32,953 nucleotides of DNA from an uncultured Thermotogae bacterium (GTDB taxonomy: Bacteria; Bipolaricaulota; Bipolaricaulia; M55B111): assembly GCA_964576335.1 (NCBI GenBank), contig CAZNVA010000003.1, positions 1 through 32,953 on the forward strand, in the 5' to 3' direction. Shown in pieces: positions 9,732-18,470 of this stretch. The notes under the pieces were generated by a model. The model saw only the letters and a list, made by a program, of their open reading frames with translations, made no database searches and had not been told where the DNA came from. The first letter of the stretch is position 1; each line of letters opens with the position of its first letter. The translations under genes and the position numbers were made by a program.

Positions 9732-10574
9732 TCACTCAAATCCGATGGCACTGTAACCTACTACCTCCTCGCCGTAACCGGATACCTCGCCGGAGGTGGC
9801 GTATTTAAGTTCTTTTGGGCTCAGCTCGCGGCTGGCGGCAAAATTCATCAGCGCGGCGACGGCCCCGTATCCACAGATCGAAATTCCGTACTCGGATATT
9901 CGTTCGTAGAATTCCCCGACCTCCATGTCGACAATGGCATCAATTGCCCGCCTGTCCTTGTCCCTTGCTACTTCTTCTGGCTCGTAGTGAGAAAAATCCG
10001 TGCTGGCGACCACGAGAGTTCCCGTGGGGGCAACTTTCTCGATTGCCTTACCGACCTCCGCAGCTGTTTCCCTGCCCTGGTCCTTAACACAGATCGGTAC
10101 GAAGGAAAAATCCGACCCCCAGAGACCCTGGAGGAAGGGTAACTGTACTTCCAGAGAGTGCTCCCGGGAAAATGGAGTAGTGCGGTTTTTTATTTTGGAA
10201 CTACTTTCAAGTATTTCGTTTGCCAGCCCCTCGTCTATCTCGACGGTACCGAGAGGCGTGGCCCATCTTCCTTTTCTCGCGATTGCCACCGGCGGCCCGA
10301 AGCCGGAATGGTTGGTACCGATAATTATAACCGCGGAAGGCCTGCCAAACCCTGCAAGCCAGCTGTAAGCATGGGCCGCGACCGGACCGGAAAACTCGTA
10401 ACCGGCATGGGGGGCAACTATCCCTCGATCCTCATCCAGTTCTCCTTCAACTGGAGCAGGAACCTCACCCGGGCCGTGCGAACCGGTGTAACAACTTTCA
10501 ATGGTTTCCAGTAACTCGTCCCGCTCTTTCGGATAGAACTTACCCGCCACTACGGGGCCAAATTGTTTGCTCAT
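9732..10574 (-). CDS. Memo-like protein (AmmeMemoRadiSam system protein B family)
   Basis: AGKFYP, GIVAPHAGYEFSG, IIIGTNHSG, ASTDFSHY. SD GAGG lies 8 nt before the ATG. Confidence 0.85.
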   Translation of the reverse strand: MSKQFGPVVAGKFYPKERDELLETIESCYTGSHGPGEVPAPVEGELDEDRGIVAPHAGYEFSGPVAAHAYSWLAGFGRPSAVIIIGTNHSGFGPPVAIARKGRWATPLGTVEIDEGLANEILESSSKIKNRTTPFSREHSLEVQLPFLQGLWGSDFSFVPICVKDQGRETAAEVGKAIEKVAPTGTLVVASTDFSHYEPEEVARDKDRRAIDAIVDMEVGEFYERISEYGISICGYGAVAALMNFAASRELSPKELKYATSGEVSGYGEEVVGYSAIGFE

Positions 10575-10608
10575 TTTAAAAACCTCGCGTTAGTTGAGCT
10601 GGACTTGA

Positions 10609-10637
10609 ATTATAGCCAAAAAACCACCAGGTGGCAA
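10609..10637 (-). promoter_or_regulatory. Putative sigma70-type promoter of the Memo-yicC-gmk-acpS operon
   Basis: On the - strand: TTGCCA, 17-nt spacer, TATAAT (complement of 10632-10637 and 10609-10614), about 35 nt upstream of the ATG at 10574. Confidence 0.45.
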
Positions 10638-10783
10638 AACCAAAACGGGGAATTCATGAGGTCGTCGCTATCTTACCCGAACTCACTCGCCTATATTCCA
10701 GCGGCGATCCCATACCCCATACCGAAAACCGTAATTTTTACCTTTCGGTCCGGTCAAGGGACCTGCTCTTTCCAAAATTTTCT

Positions 10784-10812
10784 ATTGATCTATTAATGGA
10801 CTTTCGTATAAT
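10784..10812 (+). promoter_or_regulatory. Putative sigma70-type promoter of the tRNA-Gln/tRNA-Glu pair
   Basis: TTGATC (10784-10789), 17-nt spacer, TATAAT (10807-10812), 12 nt upstream of the tRNA 5' end. Confidence 0.5.
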
Positions 10813-10824
10813 TACCATCGGTAA

Positions 10825-10898
10825 TGGGAGATCGTCTAATGGTAGGACGGCGGGTTCTGGACCCGTTAGTGGAGGTTCGAATCCTCCTCTCCCAGCCA
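10825..10898 (+). tRNA. tRNA-Gln (anticodon CTG), CCA encoded
   Basis: Hand-folded cloverleaf. Acceptor TGGGAGA/TCTCCCA (U1:A72), D stem GTCT/GGAC, anticodon stem GCGGG/CCCGT, loop TTCTGGA, T arm GGAGG-TTCGAAT-CCTCC, discriminator G plus CCA. Confidence 0.9.
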
Positions 10899-10904
10899 AG
10901 ACTC

Positions 10905-10980
10905 GGTCCCGTCGTCTAGCGGCCCAGGATATCGGGTTCTCATCCCGGCGACAGGGGTTCGAATCCCCTCGGGACTGCCA
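10905..10980 (+). tRNA. tRNA-Glu (anticodon CTC), CCA encoded
   Basis: Acceptor GGTCCCG/CGGGACT. D region GTCTAGCGGCCCAGGAT is typical of tRNA-Glu. Anticodon stem TCGGG/CCCGG, loop TTCTCAT, T arm AGGGG-TTCGAAT-CCCCT, then G plus CCA. Confidence 0.9.
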
Positions 10981-11079
10981 TTATTTGCCGTCAGTTTGGC
11001 TTAGACCTTCCATCGGAAATTTTAATCTATTGGCTCTTCTTTTATCCAGTACACATGAATCACAGGACGTTCCACGAAC

Positions 11080-11108
11080 TTGAGAATAGTCAATCCCTAC
11101 CGTAAAAT
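11080..11108 (+). promoter_or_regulatory. Putative sigma70-type promoter of ftsH-dxr
   Basis: TTGAGA (11080-11085), 17-nt spacer, TAAAAT (11103-11108), 25 nt upstream of the TTG start, which follows AGAGGTGA. Confidence 0.45.
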
Positions 11109-11132
11109 TCCTGAGTTAAGAGGTGAGTTTAA

Positions 11133-13043
11133 TTGAACGAGGATAATGATTTCGATAATGACTTCAATAGACAGGATAGAGACCCCGACCGCGACGAAGA
11201 TAGAGGCGAGGGAGGGCAATTTAACTTTCCAAATAACAACAATAACTTCCGCAACATAGCTTTAATAGTTGGAGCTATTATACTATCCCTCATATTGTTT
11301 CAGACGCTCTTCAATTCCCCCTCCGCCCAGGACGAGATAAGCTACACCGAGTTTCTCCGCCAGGTAGAAAACGAAAGGATCAGGGAAGTTACGATAAAAG
11401 GCGGCATGATTAACGGAACTTACAAAAGCGGCGGGACTTTCGTAACCAGGGGGCCAACGGAAACGTCGGATTACCTGGAGAAGTTAAGGTCTCAGGGCGT
11501 AAATATAACCTTCAAGGAAGCCTCCGATGGCAACTGGTTCTTTTCCCTGCTAATCTCCCTTCTTCCGGTCCTGCTGATAATCGGCCTCTGGGTATTCATG
11601 ATGCGAAGAATGCAGGGCAACAATGCACTTAACTTCGGGGAAAGCAAGGCCGATCTCGTCAACAAGGAGTTCTCCGACGTATCGTTTGACGATTTCGCCG
11701 GGGTGGAAGAGGTCAGGGAAGAGGTGGAAGAAATTGTCGAGTACTTAAAGAACCCCGAGAGGTTCAAAAAACTCGGGGCCGAAGTGCCGAAGGGCATGAT
11801 CCTCGTCGGTGCTCCCGGAACCGGTAAAACGCTGCTTTCCCGAGCAATTGCCGGGGAGGCAGACGTACCCTTTTACCAGACAAGCGGGTCCAATTTCGTG
11901 GAAATGTTCGTCGGAGTTGGTGCCTCAAGGGTCCGCAACATGTTTGAAAAAGCCAAGGAAAACGCCCCGGCCATTATATTCATCGACGAACTCGACGCTA
12001 TTGGTCGAAAGAGAGGAGCAGGGGTGGGCGGAGGTCACGACGAAAGAGAGCAGACACTAAACGAGCTGCTTTCGGAGATGGACGGATTCGACCCCAACGA
12101 AGGCGTCATAATCCTTGCCGCCACAAATAGACCGGACGTCCTCGACCCGGCACTTTTGCGGCCGGGAAGATTTGACCGGAAGATTACAGTTCCGTCACCC
12201 GATATAGAGGGCAGAAAGGACATCCTTGCTTTGCATACAAAGGATAAAGAAATAGCCGACGACGTGGACCTGGAAGTACTGTCACGCCGTACGCCTGGTT
12301 TTGTCGGTGCTGATCTCGAAAACCTTGCAAACGAAGCCGCATTGCTGGCCGGCAGGAAAGGAAAGGAGAAGGTCGAAATGACCGACTTCGAACAATCCAT
12401 AGATCGGGTCATAGCCGGCGTCCAGCGAAAGGGAATGGCAATTAGCGACGAGGAAAAGGAGAAAATAGCTTACCACGAATCCGGCCACGCTTTAATCGGT
12501 AAACTCCTCCCGGACGCCGATCCAGTTCACAAGATATCCATTATACCAAGAAGTAACGGCGCGCTCGGCTTCACGCTTCAGCTGCCGCTCGAGGAAAAGT
12601 TCCTGGTTTCCAAATCCGAGTTACTGGACAAGTTAACCACCCTGCTCGGTGGACGAACGGCCGAGGAACTGGTTTACGAAGAAGTAACCACCGGAGCCCA
12701 GGACGACTTCAAGAAAGCTACGGATATAGCGAAAAAAATGGTGGTGGAATACGGGATGAGCGATAAAATCGGTCCGATAAACCTTGGCCAGGATAACGGA
12801 AACGTCTTTCTCGGCGAAGAAATAGTCAAGAGCAACGAACACTCCGAGGAGGTTTCGTCTCTCGTGGATCAGGAAATCCGCAGTATAGTTGAAAACTGCC
12901 ATGGAAAAGCAAGAAAGATCCTTGGAGACAATAAAGAAGTTCTCAACGAACTCGCGGAAAAATTGATCGAAATAGAGGAACTTGAAGGAGACGAACTGGA
13001 AGAGATCCTGGATAAAGCGGCTCTCCCGACGAGCGTATCGTAG
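11133..13043 (+). CDS. ftsH: ATP-dependent zinc metalloprotease FtsH
   Basis: Two TM helices, Walker A GAPGTGKT, Walker [31 protein letters not shown], zinc site HESGH. Carries an unusual Asp/Asn-rich N-terminal extension of about 40 aa. Confidence 0.96.
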   Translation: MNEDNDFDNDFNRQDRDPDRDEDRGEGGQFNFPNNNNNFRNIALIVGAIILSLILFQTLFNSPSAQDEISYTEFLRQVENERIREVTIKGGMINGTYKSGGTFVTRGPTETSDYLEKLRSQGVNITFKEASDGNWFFSLLISLLPVLLIIGLWVFMMRRMQGNNALNFGESKADLVNKEFSDVSFDDFAGVEEVREEVEEIVEYLKNPERFKKLGAEVPKGMILVGAPGTGKTLLSRAIAGEADVPFYQTSGSNFVEMFVGVGASRVRNMFEKAKENAPAIIFIDELDAIGRKRGAGVGGGHDEREQTLNELLSEMDGFDPNEGVIILAATNRPDVLDPALLRPGRFDRKITVPSPDIEGRKDILALHTKDKEIADDVDLEVLSRRTPGFVGADLENLANEAALLAGRKGKEKVEMTDFEQSIDRVIAGVQRKGMAISDEEKEKIAYHESGHALIGKLLPDADPVHKISIIPRSNGALGFTLQLPLEEKFLVSKSELLDKLTTLLGGRTAEELVYEEVTTGAQDDFKKATDIAKKMVVEYGMSDKIGPINLGQDNGNVFLGEEIVKSNEHSEEVSSLVDQEIRSIVENCHGKARKILGDNKEVLNELAEKLIEIEELEGDELEEILDKAALPTSVS

Positions 13044-13052
13044 GAATCCACC

Positions 13053-14234
13053 ATGACTGAGGATATCGTCGTACTTGGCTCCACTGGTTCCATCGGCACC
13101 CAGACCTTAGAAGTCGTTGCACACCTCAACGAAACCAGTCAGGACCATTTCAACGTAAAGGGCCTTGCCTGCGGAACCAGCACTGGCTTATTGCTGGAAC
13201 AAATCGAGAAATTCCAGCCCGAAGTAGTTTCCGTCAGCGGCGAAAGCGAAAAGCAGGAGATTTTGACCGGTTATTCCGGCGAACTGGACGTCAAAACAGG
13301 AACCGCCGGTTTGAACTCCCTTGCCAAACGCTCCGCGGGAGCCACTCTGGTTAACTCCCTCGTCGGTTTTCTCGGTCTGGAGCCGACCCTGACCGCAGCC
13401 GGACGGGCGAAGAGAATTTTACTGGCCAACAAGGAATCGCTCGTGGTCGGAGGAGAACTGGTTAATCGGAAACTCAATTCGGGTACTACGTCACTCATAC
13501 CGATAGACAGCGAACACAATGCGATCTTTCAGGCACTGGAATCGGGTGAGGAATCCGAAGTCGAGAGGCTGGTAATTACTGCCTCCGGTGGCCCATTTCT
13601 CCACACGCCCCTCGAAGAGATAGCCGACGCCACTCCGGAAGAGGCACTAGACCACCCAAACTGGGACATGGGAAACAGGATAACCTGCGACTCGGCCTCG
13701 ATGGTTAACAAGGGCTTAGAAGTTATCGAGGCTCACTGGCTGTTTGGGTTGCCGTACGAAAGAATAGACCCGGTAATTCACCCGCAATCAGTAGTTCATT
13801 CACTCGTCCAGTTCAGAGACGGCTCGATGGTGGGAGAACTCGGCGAACCGGACATGAAAGTGCCGATTCAGTATGCCCTGACTTATCCGCGGCGCAGGAA
13901 AAACGATTACGATAGAACCGACCTTGCCGAACTGGAGAAGCTCGAGTTCAAAGAACTCGATAGTGAAAGGTACCCGGCCTTTGAAGTAGTGGTTAAAGCC
14001 GGCAAAGCAGGAGGAAACAGGCCTGCGGCGATTAACGGGGCGGACGAAAGTCTGATCGAAGAATTTCTCGCGGAGAGGATCAGGTTTGGGGACATCGCAC
14101 GGGGGCTGGAGCTTGTCCTGGACGAAGTGGACCCGGTCGAACAACCGGACTTAAGTCAGCTAAAAAGAACGGATCAGTGGGCCAGGCGGAAAGTCAAGGA
14201 CCTCGTGAAAGAGGGCAAAATAGGAGTGAGATAA
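13053..14234 (+). CDS. dxr: 1-deoxy-D-xylulose-5-phosphate reductoisomerase (MEP pathway)
   Basis: VLGSTGSIGTQTL NADPH site, ANKESLV, DSEHNAIFQ, ASGGPF, NKGLEVIEAHWLF. Confidence 0.96.
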   Translation: MTEDIVVLGSTGSIGTQTLEVVAHLNETSQDHFNVKGLACGTSTGLLLEQIEKFQPEVVSVSGESEKQEILTGYSGELDVKTGTAGLNSLAKRSAGATLVNSLVGFLGLEPTLTAAGRAKRILLANKESLVVGGELVNRKLNSGTTSLIPIDSEHNAIFQALESGEESEVERLVITASGGPFLHTPLEEIADATPEEALDHPNWDMGNRITCDSASMVNKGLEVIEAHWLFGLPYERIDPVIHPQSVVHSLVQFRDGSMVGELGEPDMKVPIQYALTYPRRRKNDYDRTDLAELEKLEFKELDSERYPAFEVVVKAGKAGGNRPAAINGADESLIEEFLAERIRFGDIARGLELVLDEVDPVEQPDLSQLKRTDQWARRKVKDLVKEGKIGVR

Positions 14235-14238
14235 TTCA

Positions 14239-14877
14239 ATGTCCGAAACATGCGTCTATTGCGGTAAACGGAAGGGCGAGCGGGAATGTCCGGCACTCGG
14301 CGGCATGATCTGCAGCGTCTGCTGTGGCAAACACCGGGCAGTTGAGATAAGCTGTCCTCCGGACTGCCGTTACTTTAAGAAGAACGAGGAGTTCCAGCAG
14401 TCGAAACAGGCCGATCCTTACCGGGACGCCTGGGTCGAGGAGAACGAAGACATACTGGAGGACCAGAACAGAGAACTAATCGAAGCAATCGGAATACTGG
14501 AGACGTTGATTTATTACCGCTTCCGGGACGATACGACCCTTACGGACAGGAGAATTCTCAACGGCCTAGAAGGGCTGACCAACCAGTTAAAGACGATAGA
14601 ACTACCCGGGGCAACGTCGGAATTTACGGATTACGCCATGGAACAGCTGGAACCCCTGATTGAAAAGGGCAAAGTTTCCCGGGAAGCAATGAAAGAAGCA
14701 ACCTCCAGGCTAAAAGCGATAGCGGAAGAGTTCACGGACGACTCACGTCGGCTGGTCCAGGGGATCGTTGGACGGATTAAGGAGGACTACGATTTACCCG
14801 AAGACGAATCAAAGGCACCCCGGAAGAAGCTGGAATCGCTAATTTCTACTCCGGGTGAGATAAATAGAAGGGAGTGA
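14239..14877 (+). CDS. Hypothetical protein with an N-terminal Cys-rich (Cys8-9/His) metal-binding module and a helical acidic C-terminal domain
   Basis: 212-aa ORF starting 4 nt after the dxr stop. Cys pattern is C5-x2-C8-x8-C17-x7-C25-x2-CC29-x2-H32-x6-C39-x3-C43. Composition matches the neighbouring genes. I recognise no family. Confidence 0.7.
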   Translation: MSETCVYCGKRKGERECPALGGMICSVCCGKHRAVEISCPPDCRYFKKNEEFQQSKQADPYRDAWVEENEDILEDQNRELIEAIGILETLIYYRFRDDTTLTDRRILNGLEGLTNQLKTIELPGATSEFTDYAMEQLEPLIEKGKVSREAMKEATSRLKAIAEEFTDDSRRLVQGIVGRIKEDYDLPEDESKAPRKKLESLISTPGEINRRE

Positions 14878-14920
14878 AAGAACCCTTCCGGCAAACTGGC
14901 TTCCGGAGAGGCGATAAAGC

Positions 14921-16441
14921 TTAATCCCCCATCTCCAGCAGCTCTTCGACGAAAGTATCTTTTAGCCCCAATAACATGCCCGCAGCAAAATAACTAAATG
15001 CGCCGGAAATTACGCCTACTGGCACGAGGAGGAAGTTATTTCCTCGGGGCAACCACTCCCGGACGAGAAAGACCACCACACCCATGATTACGACGGACCC
15101 CAATACCTGAACCAGAAAACGCCAGTTCGGTAAAAAACCGGTGACGCCGGTTTTCCATCCGAAGACGGCAAGGAGCACCCCACCATTTACTATTCCGCTG
15201 ACCCCGGTGGCCAGCGCGAGCCCACCCACTTCCATCGGCCCAATCAGGGCGAGATCGAGGCCAACATTTACTCCCACGGCGATGAGGCTAACCAGGACAG
15301 GAGTAACGGTATCTTTGACGGAGTAAAAGGCACGAGAAAACAGGGTAACAAAGCTATAACCGATCAGGCCAACCAGATAGAAATTGAGAACGTGAACGGT
15401 TCTAGCCGTATCCGAAGCAACGAAGCTCCTGTGTTCAAAAAGCAACTCGACTATCGGCTCGCCCAGAAGGTACAATCCGGCCGCCGCCGGGACGACTATG
15501 AGCAGCGAGAACTTCACCCCGCGGTTCAGCATTTCCGCGTAATCCGATTTCGAATCCGAAGCCCAGAGACCGGAGAGTCTGGGTAATATTGCCGTCGATA
15601 TGGCGATAGCGAATAGGCCGAGCGGTAGCTGGTAAAGCCGTGTCGCGTACTGGAGCGAGGAAACGGAACCGGGAACGAGATGGGAAGCCAGCTTGTTATC
15701 AACCATCACGTTAACCTGCATTGCGATCAGACCAATAACCACCGGCGCCATCAACCGGAGGGCTTTCTTCAGGCCGGGATGAACGGGAAAGAAGTTGCCC
15801 GACCAGGTAAACCCATTTTTCTTCAGGTAAGGAATTTGAAACCCGAGCTGGCCAAGCCCACCCAGCAAAACACCCGCAGCCAGACCAAATATCGGTCGAT
15901 CAAAGAACCGCCCCAGTAAGAGAGCTCCGGTAATTACTCCCACGTTGAAAAAGACCGGGGCAAAAGCGGGAGGAAAAAAGTCCTTTTTCGACTTCAATAT
16001 ACCCATTACCAGCGCCGCCATCCCGATTATCCCGATGAAGGGGAATATAACCCGGGTCAGCTCCACCGTAAGTTCCTGCTGGGCGGGGGGAAATCCCGAA
16101 GCAAGAAAGGGGATATAGTACGGAGCAAGAAAGATCCCGACCGCAATGACGATCGGAAAAGCTATCAGTGAAAGATTCAGGGCATTTGAGGCCATTTTTC
16201 TGGCCTCAGCCGGATCTTCCTGGAGGTAATCAGTATAAATTGGAATGAAGGAGAGCGCCAGAGCTCCTTCCGCGAGCAGTCTCCTTAAAAAATGAGGTAC
16301 GAAAAAAGCAATGAGGTAAGCGTCGTAAGCCCTGCCGGCACCAAACTTGTCTGCAATTACTACGTCCCGGAACAGCCCAAATACTCTTGAGACCGCAGTT
16401 GCCGCGGCAATGATTACGATGTCCCGGGTGAACCTTTTCAT
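14921..16441 (-). CDS. murJ: Lipid II flippase MurJ
   Basis: 506 aa and polytopic. N-terminal SRVFGLFRDVVIADKFGAG..AYLIAF is typical of MurJ/MviN. Its ATG shares one base with the upstream gene's stop (TGATG, A at 16441). Confidence 0.92.
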   Translation of the reverse strand: MKRFTRDIVIIAAATAVSRVFGLFRDVVIADKFGAGRAYDAYLIAFFVPHFLRRLLAEGALALSFIPIYTDYLQEDPAEARKMASNALNLSLIAFPIVIAVGIFLAPYYIPFLASGFPPAQQELTVELTRVIFPFIGIIGMAALVMGILKSKKDFFPPAFAPVFFNVGVITGALLLGRFFDRPIFGLAAGVLLGGLGQLGFQIPYLKKNGFTWSGNFFPVHPGLKKALRLMAPVVIGLIAMQVNVMVDNKLASHLVPGSVSSLQYATRLYQLPLGLFAIAISTAILPRLSGLWASDSKSDYAEMLNRGVKFSLLIVVPAAAGLYLLGEPIVELLFEHRSFVASDTARTVHVLNFYLVGLIGYSFVTLFSRAFYSVKDTVTPVLVSLIAVGVNVGLDLALIGPMEVGGLALATGVSGIVNGGVLLAVFGWKTGVTGFLPNWRFLVQVLGSVVIMGVVVFLVREWLPRGNNFLLVPVGVISGAFSYFAAGMLLGLKDTFVEELLEMGD

Positions 16442-18150
16442 CAGGAGCGGGAAACGAGTACGAGTCCCACGGGAACCCGTCTGTTACCACCAACTGATTC
16501 CATCGTAACCCCGTCGCGATAGATCAACCCGGAAGAAGAGCCACCGTCGAAGGCAATGGCGTTTTCAATGTTTAACCCCGAATTGAGGAGAAGTGACGGC
16601 AATTCGTCCAGCCCGATCCCCCCATCCGAGATGACCATCAATATCATTGCACCGTCCCCCGTTGTGGCCAGAACCGATCGCCGGGCATTCGACTGAACGA
16701 GCCCGCTACCCGGGGAAAAGTCCTCCAGTTGCAGGGATAACGCGTTCCGGCCGTCCTTTATCAAAAGTGGTCCGGCACTGACCGCTCCCCGCAATAGCGG
16801 CACGAACGGCTCGATTTCCCAGTGATACTCGGCCTCGTCACCCGGGTTCAGCCCACCTAATTTGGCCCGAGAGGTCCCTGTGGCTACAGCCAGTACTTCT
16901 GACCCCGCCAGTGCGCTCGGCGGACTGTTAGAGCGGTTTGTGACTTTTCCTCCCTCCAGCTCGAGGTAGGTTGCACCGCTGGCGGAAGGGAAACCATTAC
17001 CGTACTCCGGAGAGTAGACTACCAGCTCGTTGTCACCGACCGGACGGTTCAGGCCGTTGATGGTGACCCTGCCGCGAGTGGTATCGAGAAACAGGTCGAC
17101 TTCGGGACGGAAGAACTGCAGACGGCCGAAATAATCTATTCCAACCGCCGCCCTGTTCCCCCAGTTCTTTGACAGCAACTTGCCGTCCTTGACCACCAAA
17201 CCGACCGGATAGAAAGAACCCGGATCAAAAAAGTTGGCGTTGAGCCCGGCAACACCCAGGTTATCCCGGACGAGACCAGTCAATTTTTTCCCGCGGCCCA
17301 GTTCTCCCCCGGCAACGACCGGCACCAGCCGGTAGTCGTCCTGCCATTCGGAAACTTTTAGGTAATGGATAGTGTGACTGCTGCCGGAAGCCCAGAGCTG
17401 AAGCCTGTTAAAAGTAAAGTCTTCTCCGGAACTTGGCGGTGGAGCAGGCGCCACTGTTCCTTCAGTCGGGGCCTTAAAGTCCAGCTGAAAGCTAAATCCG
17501 CCCTCACCCCGGCTCGTTTTGATCTGGCTGGTTACTCCGTTTTCGTGTTGCAGGTCCAGGACGAGTTCCCCTTTTTCACCCTCCAGCAACCGGGCACCTC
17601 TGATCGTACTGGAACCGAGCGGAAGGTCCACCTTTTCGCCCACGCTTCCTCGATCGGCATTGAAAAACTTTATCCGGAGACCTCCATCGTCCTCCAGTTC
17701 CCGGACGAAGGAAGCGTATCTGGAAAAGTTTAGAGAAAGCTGCCCTGCACTGACCGAAGCAGTGAGCAAAGTAGCCGGAGGAACCTTTACGTTCAACCCG
17801 GCACTGGTTTTCTCGATACTACCGTCGAGTTCACGGACGAGCAAATCAAGATCCACGAATTTCTTCGAACCGGATTCAGTAAGTTCGTCCCGTCCCACGT
17901 AGAAGGAGCTCGTCTTTCCCCATTCTACTATAAAACCTTCATCCCTACCGGGGTCAACGCGGGCGCCAAAGAGTCTGGCGGCCTCCGCAAGCGGGACTTT
18001 AACACCACTCGAGGAACCGAGCTGTTCCAGGTTATCGAGCCGATGCCCGTTTAGAAATAGGGCGGGTTGCCCCCCGGAAAACAAAAGGACGGACGCAGCA
18101 GTCAAAGCAAACGCCGCAAGAACTATCGCCCGCGTAACGCCCGAGTCCAT
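16441..18150 (-). CDS. Membrane-anchored phosphodiester glycosidase family protein (DUF2233/NAGPA-like), N-terminal stalk-like domain
   Basis: N-terminal anchor AIVLAAFALTAASVLLF. C-terminal half has GLNANFFDP.., GRxAVGID and AIAFDGGSSSGL, typical of the phosphodiester glycosidase domain. SD GGTGGA lies 6 nt before the ATG. Confidence 0.75.
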   Translation of the reverse strand: MDSGVTRAIVLAAFALTAASVLLFSGGQPALFLNGHRLDNLEQLGSSSGVKVPLAEAARLFGARVDPGRDEGFIVEWGKTSSFYVGRDELTESGSKKFVDLDLLVRELDGSIEKTSAGLNVKVPPATLLTASVSAGQLSLNFSRYASFVRELEDDGGLRIKFFNADRGSVGEKVDLPLGSSTIRGARLLEGEKGELVLDLQHENGVTSQIKTSRGEGGFSFQLDFKAPTEGTVAPAPPPSSGEDFTFNRLQLWASGSSHTIHYLKVSEWQDDYRLVPVVAGGELGRGKKLTGLVRDNLGVAGLNANFFDPGSFYPVGLVVKDGKLLSKNWGNRAAVGIDYFGRLQFFRPEVDLFLDTTRGRVTINGLNRPVGDNELVVYSPEYGNGFPSASGATYLELEGGKVTNRSNSPPSALAGSEVLAVATGTSRAKLGGLNPGDEAEYHWEIEPFVPLLRGAVSAGPLLIKDGRNALSLQLEDFSPGSGLVQSNARRSVLATTGDGAMILMVISDGGIGLDELPSLLLNSGLNIENAIAFDGGSSSGLIYRDGVTMESVGGNRRVPVGLVLVSRS

Positions 18151-18470
18151 CTAACTTCCACCGGAACTGACCGCAAGGTCAGGGGTGCGTTTCCTTTGAT
18201 CCCGGTGGTCACCCCCCGCTCTGCCGGAAAATTCTGGAGCCATTTCCATAAACCCGCCCGCTTTCACTTCAACCGAAAGACCCACCGCGCCCGTAATCCC
18301 GAACTTTTTCGGGCGACAATTTCCTCGGAAGCTACTGAAAAGCCTGAAAAGCAGCTCGTATCTACCCATCTATCTCTTCTCCCAGCCGGTTAGGCTTCCA
18401 CACCCGGGGACAGATCGTACGCAAAACTGATTCTGACCGGGAAGGTAAAACTACCTTGATTCGGCCTGGC

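Noticed and set aside
11041-11050. DnaA-box-like TTATCCAGT between tRNA-Glu and ftsH
   Set aside because: It is a single copy with two mismatches to TTATCCACA. There is no cluster and no adjacent AT-rich unwinding element, so it is not an origin.
10631-11083. 150-aa + strand ORF
   Set aside because: It runs straight through both tRNA genes and their promoter, and has no protein-like features.
14878-14920. Possible bidirectional terminator between the Cys-rich ORF and murJ
   Set aside because: The repeated CTTCCGG elements are direct repeats, not inverted ones. No stable hairpin or T-run is present.
18190-18235. Resemblance of CAGAGCGGGGGGTGACCA (- strand) to the ydaO/c-di-AMP riboswitch block CAGAGCGGGGGACCCA
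   Set aside because: The other conserved ydaO segments (GGGGTGAATC, CCCGAACCCG.CAGCTAACCTCGTAAGCG) are absent, so a single short similarity is likely chance.
18151-18369. 72-aa - strand ORF ending exactly at the glycosidase start codon
   Set aside because: Not called as a gene. Its basic Arg/Gly/Phe-rich composition contrasts with the acidic proteome, and its SD is weak and distant. It is kept only as a possibility within the finding on the unassigned region.
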